From Deltaproteobacteria bacterium (GTDB taxonomy: Bacteria; Desulfobacterota; Desulfomonilia; UBA1062): 64,000 nucleotides of DNA. Under the pieces are notes generated by a model. The model was not told the DNA's origin and ran no database searches. It saw only the letters and a program-made list of their open reading frames with translations. The stretch spans positions 55,224 to 119,223 of the forward strand of contig JAHDRW010000011.1 in NCBI GenBank assembly GCA_018433085.1, written 5' to 3'. Numbering within the stretch: the stretch's first letter is position 1; every line of letters begins with the position of its first letter. The position numbers and the translations under genes were made by a program. Positions 18,862 through 30,055 of the stretch are shown here, in pieces.

Positions 18862-19042
18862 TCAAGGTACATGTTCGTGTCAAACCGCTCGTGCAGAGTG
18901 CGCGGGTAGATCATCCGGTTGCCCCATATTCAAGGGCAGGGTAACGTTTGACGGCACGGAGTTTTAGACGTGCGCAGCCGGGCCGTGAAGAGAGGTGCTT
19001 CAGGGGAAGCGGCACAGCCCTTTTCAAGAGGAGGAAAGTCAA

Positions 19043-19876
19043 ATGAGCGCGAGAAAAGACGAAACCGGTACGGCCGCCGGGCCCTGCCTGAAGGTCGAGA
19101 AAAGCGGACACGTGGCCTGGCTGGTGCTGAACCGGCCCCGGCAGCGCAATACCATGACCCCGGAGTTCTTCGATGAGATCACCAGGCGCTTCGAGGAATT
19201 CGATGCCGATCCGGATGTGCGGGTGGTGGTCATCCGGGCGGAGGGGAAGAGCTTTACCGCGGGTCTGGATCTGGTGGCGGCCCAGGCGCTTCTCGGCGAC
19301 GGGTCGGCCGTGTATCGGGACTGGCTGTACCGGAAGATCAAGCAGCTCCAGGCAAGCATGACAGCCGTCGAAAAGTGCAGGAAACCCGTCATCGCGGCGA
19401 TCCACGGGCACTGCATCGGCGGCGGGGTGGACTTGACCAGCGCCTGCGACATCAGGATCGCGTCAGAGGATGCGGTCTTTTCCATCCGGTAGACGCGCAT
19501 CGCCATCATCGCGGACATCGGAACCCTGCAGCGCCTCCCGTACATCGTCGGGCAGGGCTGGTTCAGGGAGCTGGCGCTTACGGGAAGGGACTTCACCGCA
19601 GGCGAGGCCCTGCAGATGGGATACATCACCCGGCTCTGTCCTGACCGGGACGCATTGATGGAGCAGGCGCGCACGCTCGCCGAAGAGATCGCCGGGCTGT
19701 CCCCGCTGGCCGTACAGGGGGTGAAGGAGGTGGCGAATTACACCCGTGACCACGGACTTCACCAGGGCCTGGAATATGTGGCCCAGAGAAATGCGGCCGT
19801 CGTACCTAATGAAGACATGATCGAGGCGGTCGCGGCCTTTCTCGAAAAGCGGACACCGCAGTTCAAGGGCAGATAG
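19043..19876 (+). pseudogene. ECH1-like delta3,5-delta2,4-dienoyl-CoA isomerase (crotonase family) interrupted by one in-frame TAG at 19490..19492
   Basis: A single frame encodes CRKPVIAAIHGHCIGGGVDLTSACDIRIASEDAVFSIR*TRIAIIADIGTLQRLP ... SPLAVQGVK ... AAFLEKR. It is co-linear with ECH1 (CPKPVIAAVHGGCIGGGVDLVTACDIRYCAQDAFFQVKEVDVGLAADVGTLQRLP). The TAG aligns with the catalytic Glu (GAG to TAG, one substitution). Confidence 0.7.
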
Positions 19877-20018
19877 GAAAGTGTGCCCGGTAAGGGGCGA
19901 AAGGAGGTGGAATACAAAAGCAGAGAAGGTGACAGCCATAGTCTTGCTTTAAGCAGCACCTTTGCAATGGATTTCAGCATTTGTGACGGTACGGAAGATC
20001 AATCACAAGGAGGGAGAT

Positions 20019-21698
20019 ATGTCCTTTGAACGATTATGGCACAAATCGTATGTGCCGGGCGTACCCACGGATTTCGAGGTGAAAAGGATCACCATGGCGG
20101 AAAGGCTCAGCAAGATTGCCGCGAAATATCCGGACCGTGTGGCCTTTATCTACATGGGGAAGAAGATCACCTATCGTGAGCTGGAAGGACTGGTAAACCG
20201 ATTCACGAGAGCCTTGGTCGATATCGGGGTCAAGGAGGGCGATAAGGTGGGAGTGCTTCTGCCCAACATCCCCCAGACGGTCATCGCCAACCATGCCATT
20301 TACCGTGCCGGGGCGGTCACGGCCATGAACAATCCTCTCTACGCCGAGCTGGAGCTGACGCATCAGCTCCACGACTCGGACGCCACGGTGCTGATCACGC
20401 TGGACCTGCTCCTTCCCCGGGCGCTCAAGATAAAGCCGGGGACGAAGATCAGGACCATCATCACCTGCCACATCAGCGACTACCTCCCATTTCCCAAGAA
20501 GCAGCTCTTTCCCTATGTGAAGAAAGGCATGTTCCGGAAGGTGGAGCCCCAGCCGGATGTCTACCAGTTCATGGATCTCATAGGCAAATATCCCGATGGG
20601 CCGGTGGAAAACAAGGCCCGGTGGGATGCGCTGGCCGCGCTGCTCTACACGGGGGGTACCACGGGCGTCAGCAAGGGGGCAATGCTGACCCATGGCAACA
20701 TCTCCTCGGTCGTCCAGCAGTTCACGGCCTGGTTTCCGGATCTCCAGGATACATACGAGAACCTCCTGGGCATCTATCCGATATTCCATTCCGCAGGATA
20801 CTCGGTGGGCCAGAACCTCCCGATATGGAACGGCTGGTGCTGCACGCTCGTGCCAAGGCCCGAGCCGGGTGTCATCGTGGAAATGCTCTCCAAGTTCAAA
20901 CCCACCTTTCTCCCTGGGGTGCCCACCATCTTTACCGGGCTGCTGAAGAACGAAAAATTCCGGAAGATGAACCTCTCGCATATCAAAGGCTACTTCGGCG
21001 GGGCCGCGCCGCTTCCCGAAGATACCCTGAGCCAGCTCAAGCAGCTCCACGGCGCGATCATCTACGACGTCTACGGGGCGACCGAGAATACGGCATTCGC
21101 AACCGTGACACCCTGGGGCGGGAAGGTCAAGATCGGAACCGTGGGAGTGCCGCTTCCCGGTACGGATATCAAAATTGTGGATCTGGATACGGGTACTCGC
21201 GAGCTTCCTCCGGGAGAGGCCGGGGAAATCTGCATCAAGGGCCCTCAGGTCATGACCGGATACTACAAGAAACCGGAGGAAACAGCGCTGACCCTGAGGG
21301 ATGGATGGTTTTACACCGGCGACATCGGGTTCCTGGATGAAGACGGCTATCTGACCATTTCGGATCGCAAGAAAGACATGATCTGCGCCAGCGGCTTCAA
21401 TATCTATCCCAAGGAGGTCGACGAGATACTCTTCAGCCATCCCAAAATCCTGGAGGCATGCTGCATCGGAGTTCCGGACGAGTACCGCGGGGAGACGGTG
21501 AAGGCCTATGTCGTCGTGCAGCCGGGAGAGACGCTCACGGAGCAGGACGTGATCTCGTACTGCAAGGGGAAAATGACCGGCTACAAGGTGCCGACACAGG
21601 TGGCTTTCATTGATCAGCTCCCCAAGAGCACCATCGGCAAGATCATGCGGCGTGAGGTCAGAGACATGGATGCGAAAAAAAAGGAAGGGAGATTATGA
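20019..21698 (+). CDS. Long-chain acyl-CoA ligase (AMP-binding, FadD-like)
   Basis: AMP-binding motif LLYTGGTTGVSKGAML and C-terminal DRKKDMI...GFNIYP. The start was moved to the ATG at 20019, which has a GGAGGGAG RBS. Confidence 0.85.
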   Translation: MSFERLWHKSYVPGVPTDFEVKRITMAERLSKIAAKYPDRVAFIYMGKKITYRELEGLVNRFTRALVDIGVKEGDKVGVLLPNIPQTVIANHAIYRAGAVTAMNNPLYAELELTHQLHDSDATVLITLDLLLPRALKIKPGTKIRTIITCHISDYLPFPKKQLFPYVKKGMFRKVEPQPDVYQFMDLIGKYPDGPVENKARWDALAALLYTGGTTGVSKGAMLTHGNISSVVQQFTAWFPDLQDTYENLLGIYPIFHSAGYSVGQNLPIWNGWCCTLVPRPEPGVIVEMLSKFKPTFLPGVPTIFTGLLKNEKFRKMNLSHIKGYFGGAAPLPEDTLSQLKQLHGAIIYDVYGATENTAFATVTPWGGKVKIGTVGVPLPGTDIKIVDLDTGTRELPPGEAGEICIKGPQVMTGYYKKPEETALTLRDGWFYTGDIGFLDEDGYLTISDRKKDMICASGFNIYPKEVDEILFSHPKILEACCIGVPDEYRGETVKAYVVVQPGETLTEQDVISYCKGKMTGYKVPTQVAFIDQLPKSTIGKIMRREVRDMDAKKKEGRL

Positions 21699-22498
21699 GC
21701 GGGAAAATGGGAGAATTCAGAACACTCATCTTCGAGGAAAAAGAACCGTCCATCGGGCTGGTCACCATGAATCGCCCCGATCAGCTCAACGCCATCAACC
21801 TGGCGATGCTGGAGGATTTCGAGCAGCTGTGCGAGGCATTGACCCGGGACGATTCCATCAGGGTTCTCGTCATTACCGGCGCCGGCAGGGGATTCTCCTC
21901 GGGGGCGGACCTGAACGACGCCGTTGTCCATAAGGACACGGATGCGTTCGCCGACCCCGAGAACTTCCTGAAGATCGTTCAGGAGCGATATGCGTCGCTG
22001 GTGCTGAATTTGAGAAAGATTCCCCAGCCTATCGTATCAGCGGTGAACGGGCCCGCCGCAGGAGGTGGCTTTGCCATGACCCTGGCAAGCGACATCCGGG
22101 TGGCGAGCCCTGAGGCATACTTCGTGGCATCGTTCATCAACATCGGGCTTTCGGGCGGCGAGCTCGGGTGCTCCTATTTTCTGCCCCGGCTGGTGGGGCT
22201 CTCGCATGCGTCCGACATGATGTACACCGGCAGGAAGGTCAGGGCGCAGGAGGCCGAGAAGATGGGGCTGGTCAGCACGGTGGTGCCTAAGGAGGAGCTG
22301 ATCGAGACTGCCCTTTCCTATGCGCGGATGATGACGGGCAAGAGCGTCGGCGGCCTGAAACTCACCAAGCGGGTGATTGAAGACAATCTTCATGCATCCT
22401 CGCTCCAGAGCGCGATAAATCTCGAAAACCGCAACCAGACCGTCATGGTGTTCTCGGGTGAGTTTTTCAAGCTGATACAGTCGTTCTACAAAGAATGA
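21695..22498 (+). CDS. Enoyl-CoA hydratase/isomerase (crotonase family)
   Basis: Crotonase fold: VITGAGRGFSSGADL and the oxyanion-hole region. The ATG overlaps the ligase stop (ATGA). Confidence 0.8.
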   Translation: MSGKMGEFRTLIFEEKEPSIGLVTMNRPDQLNAINLAMLEDFEQLCEALTRDDSIRVLVITGAGRGFSSGADLNDAVVHKDTDAFADPENFLKIVQERYASLVLNLRKIPQPIVSAVNGPAAGGGFAMTLASDIRVASPEAYFVASFINIGLSGGELGCSYFLPRLVGLSHASDMMYTGRKVRAQEAEKMGLVSTVVPKEELIETALSYARMMTGKSVGGLKLTKRVIEDNLHASSLQSAINLENRNQTVMVFSGEFFKLIQSFYKE

Positions 22499-22594
22499 TC
22501 TTCCTGCGAGGGCTGCCGGATAACCGCGCCTGCCAGGGAATGGTCTCGATAAGAAGGCGGATGTGCGGCTGTCTGGGATGACCGGCGAGGACGT

Positions 22595-24474
22595 TTGAAC
22601 AAGGAGAGGACTGTGCATACATATCGTGTCGATGAGCGGGATCTCCAGTTCGTTCTATTCGAATTCCTGGAGCTGGACAAGATGAATAGATTCAAGAGGT
22701 ATGAATCCTTTGACCGAGCCGTATACGAGGAGACCATCCATCTGGCATACAGGATCGCGGCGAAGCATCTGTTCCCTGTGAATACTTCCGGCCATAGACA
22801 GGGCTGCTCCTATGATCCGGAGACCAGATCCGTGCGTCTTCCCGCCGGATATGCGGATGCCTCTCGGGCCCTGCTCGATGCGGGATTTTTAAGCATCTCG
22901 GATGATCCCGATATCGGTGGGACCGGCATGCCGCTTGCCATACAGGCATGTTCATGGGAGATATGCTGTGGCGCGGGCGGAGCGCTCATGCTTTTCCTGA
23001 TGCTCGGGCATGGGGCGGCGCTCATGATCCAGCACTTCGGATCTCCTGAACAGAAGGCGCTCTACGTGCCGAGGATGCTTTCAGGAGAGTGGGGGGTACC
23101 ATGTGTCTCACTGAACCTGAAGCCGGTTCGGATGTGGGCGCCCTCAAAACAAAGGCTGTTCCTCAACCGGATGGGAGCTATCGAATTACGGGTCAGAAGT
23201 GCTTTATCACCAACGGGGATCAGGATATCACCAAGCAGATCGTTTATCCGGTCCTGGCGCGCATCGAGGGGGATCCTCCGGGGACGAAGGGAATTTCCCT
23301 GTTCCTCGTTCCCAAGTATCTGGTGCATGAGGACGGCACCCTCGGCGAACGAAACGATGTGTTCTGCACCGGCATCGAGAAAAAGATGGGCGCGCACGGG
23401 TCCGCCACCTGCTCCATGTCCTTCGGCGAGGATGACCGGTGCACTGGGTATCTACTGGGGCAAAGGGGCAGGGGGATGAATATCATGTTCCAGATGCTCA
23501 ACGAGACGCGCCTTGAGGTGGGGATCATGGCCCTGGGAGGTTCCTCGGCTGCATATCTCCATGCAGTCGATTATGCGCGCACCAGGCAGCAGGGCTCGCA
23601 TGTGAGCCGGATGTTCGATCCGGCGGCTCCGAAGGTGCCCATTATCGAGCATCCCGACGTCCTGAGAATGCTTTTATGGATGAAGTCCTGGGTGGAGGGC
23701 CAGCGGATGCTCTCGTACTACCTTTCTCAGCAGATCGATCTCCAGAACCTGCTGGAAGGAGATGAGGCCAGGGAAGCGAAGGCCCTTGTGGATTTTCTCA
23801 TTCCCGTGGTCAAGGCAGGCAATTCGGACATGGCGTGGCGGATTACCTCGGAGGCGATCCAGGTTCACGGCGGTTACGGCTACTGCTCAGAGTATCCCGT
23901 GGAGCAGATCGCCGTGGACTGTAAGGCCCTGTGCATCGTGGAAGGAACCAACGGCATCCAGTCTCTCGATCTGGTCATGAGAAAGATTCTGATGAATCCG
24001 GAACAGTACAACTATTGTGTAGTGAAAGAAAGGATCCGCAAGACGATTGATAGCGCTGCAGGAATTGTCCATGAGGCACACCTTCGCTCGCTGGCCGAGG
24101 CGATTGACCTCATGGACGCGGCTGTGGATTTCATGGAGCAGTTGATGGAATCGGGAGACTTCAGGGTTCTGCTGGTGAATGTGGATCCGTTGCGCAGGGC
24201 GATCCTTTACCTGGTGATCGCATGGATGCAGCTGTGGTGCCTGAAGATCGCGAAGCCGAAGCTTGCAGCTCTCACCGGCGGCGCGACGGGCGCTGATCTG
24301 GAATCGGTTCTGGAGGGAAGTCCGGAGGCAGGCTTTTACCACGGCAAGGTATGCGCTTCCGAGTTCTGGCTTGCCACGGAATTTCCCAAGTACTTTGGAA
24401 AGATCGAAGCCATCTTGCAGGGAGGGAGAATGGACCTCCGGCAGGCAGAAACCGTTTTTCCGGCGTTTTCTTAG
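22595..24474 (+). pseudogene. Large FadE-like acyl-CoA dehydrogenase (~626 aa) split by a frameshift in a G6 run (23091..23096)
   Basis: The N-terminal part ends ...RMLSGEWG in one frame. The C-terminal part continues GGTMCLTEPEAGSDVGALKT... one frame over. Seven Gs (TGG GGG GGT ACC ATG) would restore the continuous SGEWGGTMCLTEPEAGSD signature. An alternative GTG start with an AGGAG RBS lies at 22613. Confidence 0.7.
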
Positions 24475-24610
24475 CATCTGGGAAAGTGCCCGGGGAAGAG
24501 GAGACCAAAAGGGGGCATGCACGTGAAGGCGCTGAACAATGCCTCCTGCAGCGCCTTGCTGCCTCAAAAGAGGTTTCTTCGGCCCCGGGTACGGTCTTCT
24601 CCGCCGGCTG

Positions 24611-25024
24611 CTACTGGAATGATATGTCGTAGACCCCGTTCTCTTGGTCGCGGCAGGTACCGCAGCCTATCATCTTCATATCGCCCATGCCCTTTGACCT
24701 GAACTCGGCCGTGATATCGCACTCGAGAAAGCGCATGGCCTTGTTGCCGAGGTGGGCCTTGCCGGAAAACTGGAGCATGGGCAGGTTCGAAAGCTCGATG
24801 ACGGGATTCCCCCCCGTGGTCACGAGCGTGAAAGGGCCGGTGACGTCGCCGTAGGGGGTGCCGGAGAAGGCGATGGTCCCTGTCTTGTACTCCGAGTCAA
24901 AGCTCACGGTGCCGTAATACATGTGGCCTTTCTGGTCGACCAGGACCGCCTCATTGCTCCATGTGCACCCGGCGAGCAGTGCCGCGAGCACGACAGCGGC
25001 AAGCACGAGAAATCCAAGCTTCAC
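24611..25024 (-). CDS. Small hypothetical lipoprotein
   Basis: Signal peptide with a lipobox (LLAGC). Size is 137 aa and no known motif is present. Confidence 0.5.
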   Translation of the reverse strand: MKLGFLVLAAVVLAALLAGCTWSNEAVLVDQKGHMYYGTVSFDSEYKTGTIAFSGTPYGDVTGPFTLVTTGGNPVIELSNLPMLQFSGKAHLGNKAMRFLECDITAEFRSKGMGDMKMIGCGTCRDQENGVYDISFQ

Positions 25025-25551
25025 GATAAAGCCTCCTCACTTGAAAAACAGCAAACGAAACGGATAAAGCCCAATCTTGTATAAAAATGCCCGGGTTGTC
25101 AATCCCGCGATCAGGATGAGCCGGCCGGTGCACCCGGATCAGGGATCGTTGAGGCTGCCCCCGGGGCAGGGATCGGGCGAGTTGGAGAGTCGCGGCCGGT
25201 ACATGGGACCCGGAAGATCTGGCGCCTCCGAATGCGGGCGACTATACCGCTGAAGGCAGCATGTGCCGGGATAGACGATTGAGCCGAGCCCGGATGGGGG
25301 ATGATGGATACTGCAAAAAAAGGTTTGAGCTGTCCGGCAGGCCGTTTAAGGAAGAAAAAGTAGTGTCCCCTGTGCTTTAATCCATAATCGAATCTCGTAG
25401 TGCCTATACACTATACGATCATACCAGGTGCACTACAGATATCACCTTTTATAAGCCCCCTTTTTTTCACCATTAATACGCGCACAGGAGACCTATAAAA
25501 TATACTCCACAAGGACTGGAAAAATCAAGGAATAATTTACTTTTCGTTCAC

Positions 25552-28500
25552 TTACTTGATATCCTTGTGATACTCCTGGATCGACTTGACCATGTCCTTG
25601 CCGTTGCGGCAGGCCTCGATCCCCCGGGCCGCGGCAATGGCCGCGGCGAGCGTGGTGATGTAGGGCAGCTTGTACCTGATGGCCGCCTTCCGGATGTAGG
25701 AATCGTCGTGCTTGCTGAGCTTGCCGCTGGGGGTGTTGATGATCAGGTCGTACTCCTTGTTCTTGATGCCGTCGATGATGTTGGGACGGCCTTCGTGAAG
25801 CTTGAGCACCTTCTTCGACCGGACCCCGTGCTCCTGGAGGAACTTGTGCGTCCCCCGGGTGGCCCATATGGTGAACCCCAGAGAATCGAAGAGCTGAGCG
25901 ACCTCTAACACCGCCGGACGTTCCCTCCGGGAGACTGTCAGCAGGACGGTGCCCTCTCTGGGCAGGATCTGGCTGCCCGCCTCGGAGGCCTTGTAGAAGG
26001 CCTGGCCGAACGATTTGCCCATGCCCAGCACCTCGCCGGTGGACCGCATTTCCGGACCCAGGAGCGGGTCCACTTCGGGGAACATGTTGAAGGGGAACAC
26101 CGCCTCCTTCACGCCGAAGTGCGGTATGACCCGGGCTTTGAGATCGAAGTCGCCCAGATGTCTGCCCAGGACGATCTTTGTGGCGATGCTCGCCATGGGG
26201 ATATTGCACACCTTGGACACCAGCGGCACCGTGCGGGACGCCCGGGGGTTCGCCTCCAGAACGTACACGGTATCGTCCATGATGGCGTACTGCATGTTCA
26301 TGAGCCCCACCACGGACAGCTCAATGGCGATCTTTTTCGTGTACTCGTTGATCGTGTCGAGATGCCTCTGCGAGATGCTGATGGGCGGGATGGCGCAGGC
26401 CGAGTCGCCGGAGTGCACCCCGGCGCGCTCGATGTGCTCCATGACCGCGGGCACGTACGCAGTGCTGCCGTCCGCGATTGCGTCCGCCTCGGCCTCGATG
26501 GCGTTGTCCAGGAATTTGTCGATGAGAATGGGTCGCTCAGGGGTCACCCCGACGGCGGCCTGGACATAGGTCTGCAGCATCTCATCATCGTGCACGATCT
26601 CCATGCCGCGGCCGCCCAGAACGTATGAGGGCCTGACCATCAGGGGGTAGCCGATCTTCTCGGCCGCCGCCAGCGCCTCTTCCAGGGTGCTCACCATGGC
26701 GGACTCGGCCATGGGGATGCCAAGCTTGCGCATCCGCTGGTCGAAGTGCTCCCGGTCCTCGGCCAGGTCGATGGCCGCGGGCGAGGTGCCCAGGATCTTC
26801 ACCCCGGCCTTCTCCAGCTCTTCCGCGATGTTCAGCGGCGTCTGCCCGCCGAACTGCACGATGACGCCCACGGGCTGTTCCTTTTCATAGATGCTCAGCA
26901 CCTCCTCCACGGTCAGGGGTTCGAAGTAGAGCTTGTTGGAGGTGTCGTAGTCCGTGGACACGGTCTCGGGATTGCAGTTCACCATGATGGACTCGTATCC
27001 CATCTCCCGGATGGCAAAGGCCGCATGCACGCAGCAGTAGTCGAATTCGATCCCCTGGCCGATCCGGTTGGGGCCGCCGCCTAAGACCATGATCTTGGGC
27101 CTTTTGCTCACCGTCACGCTGTCGACGCCGTTATAGGTGGAGTAGTAATACTCTGCATTTTCCACGCCGCTCACCGGCACGCGGTCCCACGCGTGGGTGA
27201 CGCCCAGGGAGATGCGCCTGGCCCTGACCGCCTGCTCGCTCGTGCCCAGGAGCCCGGCCAGATACCGGTCGGCAAAGCCGTCCTTCTTGGCCTGGACGAG
27301 GAGTTTGTCGGGCAGATCTCCGCCCTTGTACGAGACGATCCGTTCCTCCAGCTCGACCAACTCCTGCATCTGCTCGACGAACCAGGGCTTGATCGAGGTT
27401 TTCTCCGCAAGCTCGCGGACCGTCGCGCCCTTTCTCAGGGCCTCGTACATGATGAAGTGCCGCTCGCTGGTCGGCTCGGAAAGGAGGTCCATCAGCGACT
27501 TGAGATCCATCTCGTTGAAGTTCCTGGCAAAGCCCAGGCCGTAGCGGCCGATCTCCAGCGAGCGGATGGCCTTCTGCAGGGCCTCCTTGTAGGTCTTGCC
27601 GATGCTCATGACCTCGCCCACCGCGCGCATCTGGGTGCCGAGCTTGTCCTGCACGCCCTTGAACTTTTCGAAGGCCCACCGCGCGAACTTCACCACCACA
27701 TAGTCTCCCGACGGCGCATACTTCTCGAGGGTGCCCTCCTTCCAGTAGGGTATCTCGTCGAGGGTGAGCCCCGCGGCGAGCTTGGAGGATATCAGCGCGA
27801 TGGGGAATCCGGTGGCCTTGGAAGCCAGGGCCGACGACCGCGAGGTCCGGGGGTTGATCTCGATGACCACCACCCGGTCGGTCTTGGGATCGTGGGCAAA
27901 CTGGACATTGGTGCCGCCGATGACCTCGATGGCCTCCACGATCTTGTAGGAGTACTCCTGAAGCCTTTTTTGCAGCTCGCTCGAGATGGTGAGCATGGGA
28001 GCCGTGCAGAAAGAGTCGCCGGTGTGCACCCCCATGGGGTCCACGTTCTCGATGAAGCATACGGTGATCATGTTGTTCTTGGCATCCCTGACCACCTCGA
28101 GCTCCAGCTCCTCCCACCCCAGAACGGACTCCTCCACGAGGATCTGGTTGATGAGGCTGGCCGACAGGCCCCTGCTGGCGACCGTTCTGAGCTCTTCCAC
28201 ATTGTAGACCAGACCTCCGCCGGTCCCGCCGAGGGTATAGGCCGGTCTGATCACCACCGGATACCCGAGATCGGCCGCGATGGCCTCGGCCTCCTCGATC
28301 GTGTAGGCCGGCTCGCTCCGTGGGATCTCTATGCCGAGACGGTTCATGGTCTCCTTGAAGGCGATCCGGTCTTCCCCGCGGTCGATGGCGTTGGCGTTGA
28401 CGCCGATGATCTGCACCCCGAACTTTTCCAGGACACCCTTGCGGGAGAGCTCGGAGGTGAGGTTCAGGCCGGTCTGGCCGCCGAGGTTCGGGAGCACCGC

Positions 28501-28752
28501 GTCGGGACGCTCCTTCTCGATGATGGCCGCGAGGGTGTCGACGTTCAGCGGTTCGATATAGGTGATATCGGCGATCTCGGGGTCGGTCATGATGGTGGCG
28601 GGGTTCGAGTTGACCAGCACGATCTCATATCCCAGTTCCCTGAGCGCCTTGCACGCCTGGGTTCCGGAGTAGTCGAACTCGCACGCCTGTCCGATGACGA
28701 TAGGGCCTGACCCGATGATCATTACCTTGCGGATGTCGTCTCTCTTCGGCAT
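25552..28752 (-). CDS. carB: Carbamoyl-phosphate synthase large subunit
   Basis: N-terminus MPKRDDIRKVMIIGSGPIVIGQACEFDYSGTQACKAL, a duplicated ATP-grasp architecture and about 1066 aa. The start was moved to the ATG at 28752 (AGGAGG RBS). The track's N-terminal extension is leader sequence. Confidence 0.9.
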   Translation of the reverse strand: MPKRDDIRKVMIIGSGPIVIGQACEFDYSGTQACKALRELGYEIVLVNSNPATIMTDPEIADITYIEPLNVDTLAAIIEKERPDAVLPNLGGQTGLNLTSELSRKGVLEKFGVQIIGVNANAIDRGEDRIAFKETMNRLGIEIPRSEPAYTIEEAEAIAADLGYPVVIRPAYTLGGTGGGLVYNVEELRTVASRGLSASLINQILVEESVLGWEELELEVVRDAKNNMITVCFIENVDPMGVHTGDSFCTAPMLTISSELQKRLQEYSYKIVEAIEVIGGTNVQFAHDPKTDRVVVIEINPRTSRSSALASKATGFPIALISSKLAAGLTLDEIPYWKEGTLEKYAPSGDYVVVKFARWAFEKFKGVQDKLGTQMRAVGEVMSIGKTYKEALQKAIRSLEIGRYGLGFARNFNEMDLKSLMDLLSEPTSERHFIMYEALRKGATVRELAEKTSIKPWFVEQMQELVELEERIVSYKGGDLPDKLLVQAKKDGFADRYLAGLLGTSEQAVRARRISLGVTHAWDRVPVSGVENAEYYYSTYNGVDSVTVSKRPKIMVLGGGPNRIGQGIEFDYCCVHAAFAIREMGYESIMVNCNPETVSTDYDTSNKLYFEPLTVEEVLSIYEKEQPVGVIVQFGGQTPLNIAEELEKAGVKILGTSPAAIDLAEDREHFDQRMRKLGIPMAESAMVSTLEEALAAAEKIGYPLMVRPSYVLGGRGMEIVHDDEMLQTYVQAAVGVTPERPILIDKFLDNAIEAEADAIADGSTAYVPAVMEHIERAGVHSGDSACAIPPISISQRHLDTINEYTKKIAIELSVVGLMNMQYAIMDDTVYVLEANPRASRTVPLVSKVCNIPMASIATKIVLGRHLGDFDLKARVIPHFGVKEAVFPFNMFPEVDPLLGPEMRSTGEVLGMGKSFGQAFYKASEAGSQILPREGTVLLTVSRRERPAVLEVAQLFDSLGFTIWATRGTHKFLQEHGVRSKKVLKLHEGRPNIIDGIKNKEYDLIINTPSGKLSKHDDSYIRKAAIRYKLPYITTLAAAIAAARGIEACRNGKDMVKSIQEYHKDIK

Positions 28753-29029
28753 AGATGTCGTCCTCCTGAAAAAATGCGAATGCACTATAGGAGAGCCCAC
28801 AGGGTGAGTCAAGATAAAAGGGGGAAACAATACGCCTCGTTCGGATACGCGGGAAATACCGGCCGGGACGCGCGAAATACCTGAAGAGACATACCCCATG
28901 GTCCTTTCGGACCAGACAGGGAAAACGGCGCGCCTTTTATCGCCGCACCGCCCCGCTCAAGGGATGGCTGCGGTTAAAAAGGCGCGCCGTGCTTATCCTT
29001 ATAAATAAACCGGCCTTTCGTGAGACCGG

Positions 29030-30040
29030 TTACAGGCCCTTACCCGCCATGTAGTCGGCCAGGTCGGCCGTGCGGCAGGAATAGCCCCACTCGTTGTCGT
29101 ACCAGGTGACGAGCTTGGCCATGGTGCCCTTCATCACCTGGGTGAACTCGATGTCCACGATCGAGGAGTGCGGGTTGCCCTTGAAGTCGGTCGAGACCAG
29201 GGGCTTCTCTTCGCAGGCCATGATCCCCTTCAGCGAGGTCTTCGACGCCTTGATGAGGCGGCCCCTCAGCTCCTCGGTGGTGGTCTCCTTGCCGAGACTG
29301 ACCGTGAGGTCCACGACCGAAACCGTGGGCGTGGGCACCCTCAGGGCATACCCGTCCACCTTGCCCTTGAGGTCCGGGATGACGAGCGAGACCGCCTTGG
29401 CCGCGCCCGTGGTGGTGGGGATGATGTTCATGGCTGCGGCGCGGGCGCGCCTGAGGTCCTTGTGGGGCATGTCGAGGATCCTCTGGTCGTTGGTGTACGC
29501 GTGGACCGTGACCATCATGGCGCTCTCGATCCCGAAATTTTTGTGGATGACCATCGCCGGCGGCGCCAGGCAGTTGGTGGTGCACGAGGCGTTCGAGACG
29601 ATATGGTGCTTGTCGGGCTTGTAGCTCTTGTGGTTCACGCCCATGACCACGGTGATGTCTTCCTGCTTGGCGGGCGCCGTGATGATCACCTTTTTGGCTC
29701 CGCCATAGATGTGCGCCGAGGCCTCGGGTCCGGACCGGAACAGGCCGGTGGACTCGATGACGATATCGACCCCCTCGTCATCCCAGGGTATGGACGAAGG
29801 GTCCCTGAAGGCATAGCTCCTGATCTTCTGGCCGTTGATGATGAACGAGTCCTTCTTGACCGAGATATCCCCCGCAAACCGGCCGTAGTTGGTATCATAC
29901 TGGAAGAGGTGGGCATTGGTCTCCACGTCGAAGAGGTCATTGACCGCCACGACCTGGAGGTTGTCTGAGTGCCGCTCCATAATGGCCTTCAAGACCTGTC
30001 TTCCTATGCGACCGAAACCGTTGATTCCGCATCGGACCAT
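29030..30040 (-). CDS. gap: Glyceraldehyde-3-phosphate dehydrogenase
   Basis: N-terminus [15 protein letters not shown], active-site region [12 protein letters not shown]; 336 aa. Confidence 0.9.
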   Translation of the reverse strand: MVRCGINGFGRIGRQVLKAIMERHSDNLQVVAVNDLFDVETNAHLFQYDTNYGRFAGDISVKKDSFIINGQKIRSYAFRDPSSIPWDDEGVDIVIESTGLFRSGPEASAHIYGGAKKVIITAPAKQEDITVVMGVNHKSYKPDKHHIVSNASCTTNCLAPPAMVIHKNFGIESAMMVTVHAYTNDQRILDMPHKDLRRARAAAMNIIPTTTGAAKAVSLVIPDLKGKVDGYALRVPTPTVSVVDLTVSLGKETTTEELRGRLIKASKTSLKGIMACEEKPLVSTDFKGNPHSSIVDIEFTQVMKGTMAKLVTWYDNEWGYSCRTADLADYMAGKGL

Positions 30041-30055
30041 GTGGCTGCCTCCTTA

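Noticed and set aside
19490-19492. TAG read as pyrrolysine or programmed recoding
   Set aside because: The codon aligns to an invariant catalytic Glu (a one-base GAG to TAG change). No Pyl-type gene context is seen here, and SelB-mediated recoding acts on TGA, not TAG.
27193-28710. 505-aa + strand ORF (plus others at 25567..25908 and 26119..26628)
   Set aside because: They are antisense to carB, whose identity is unambiguous.
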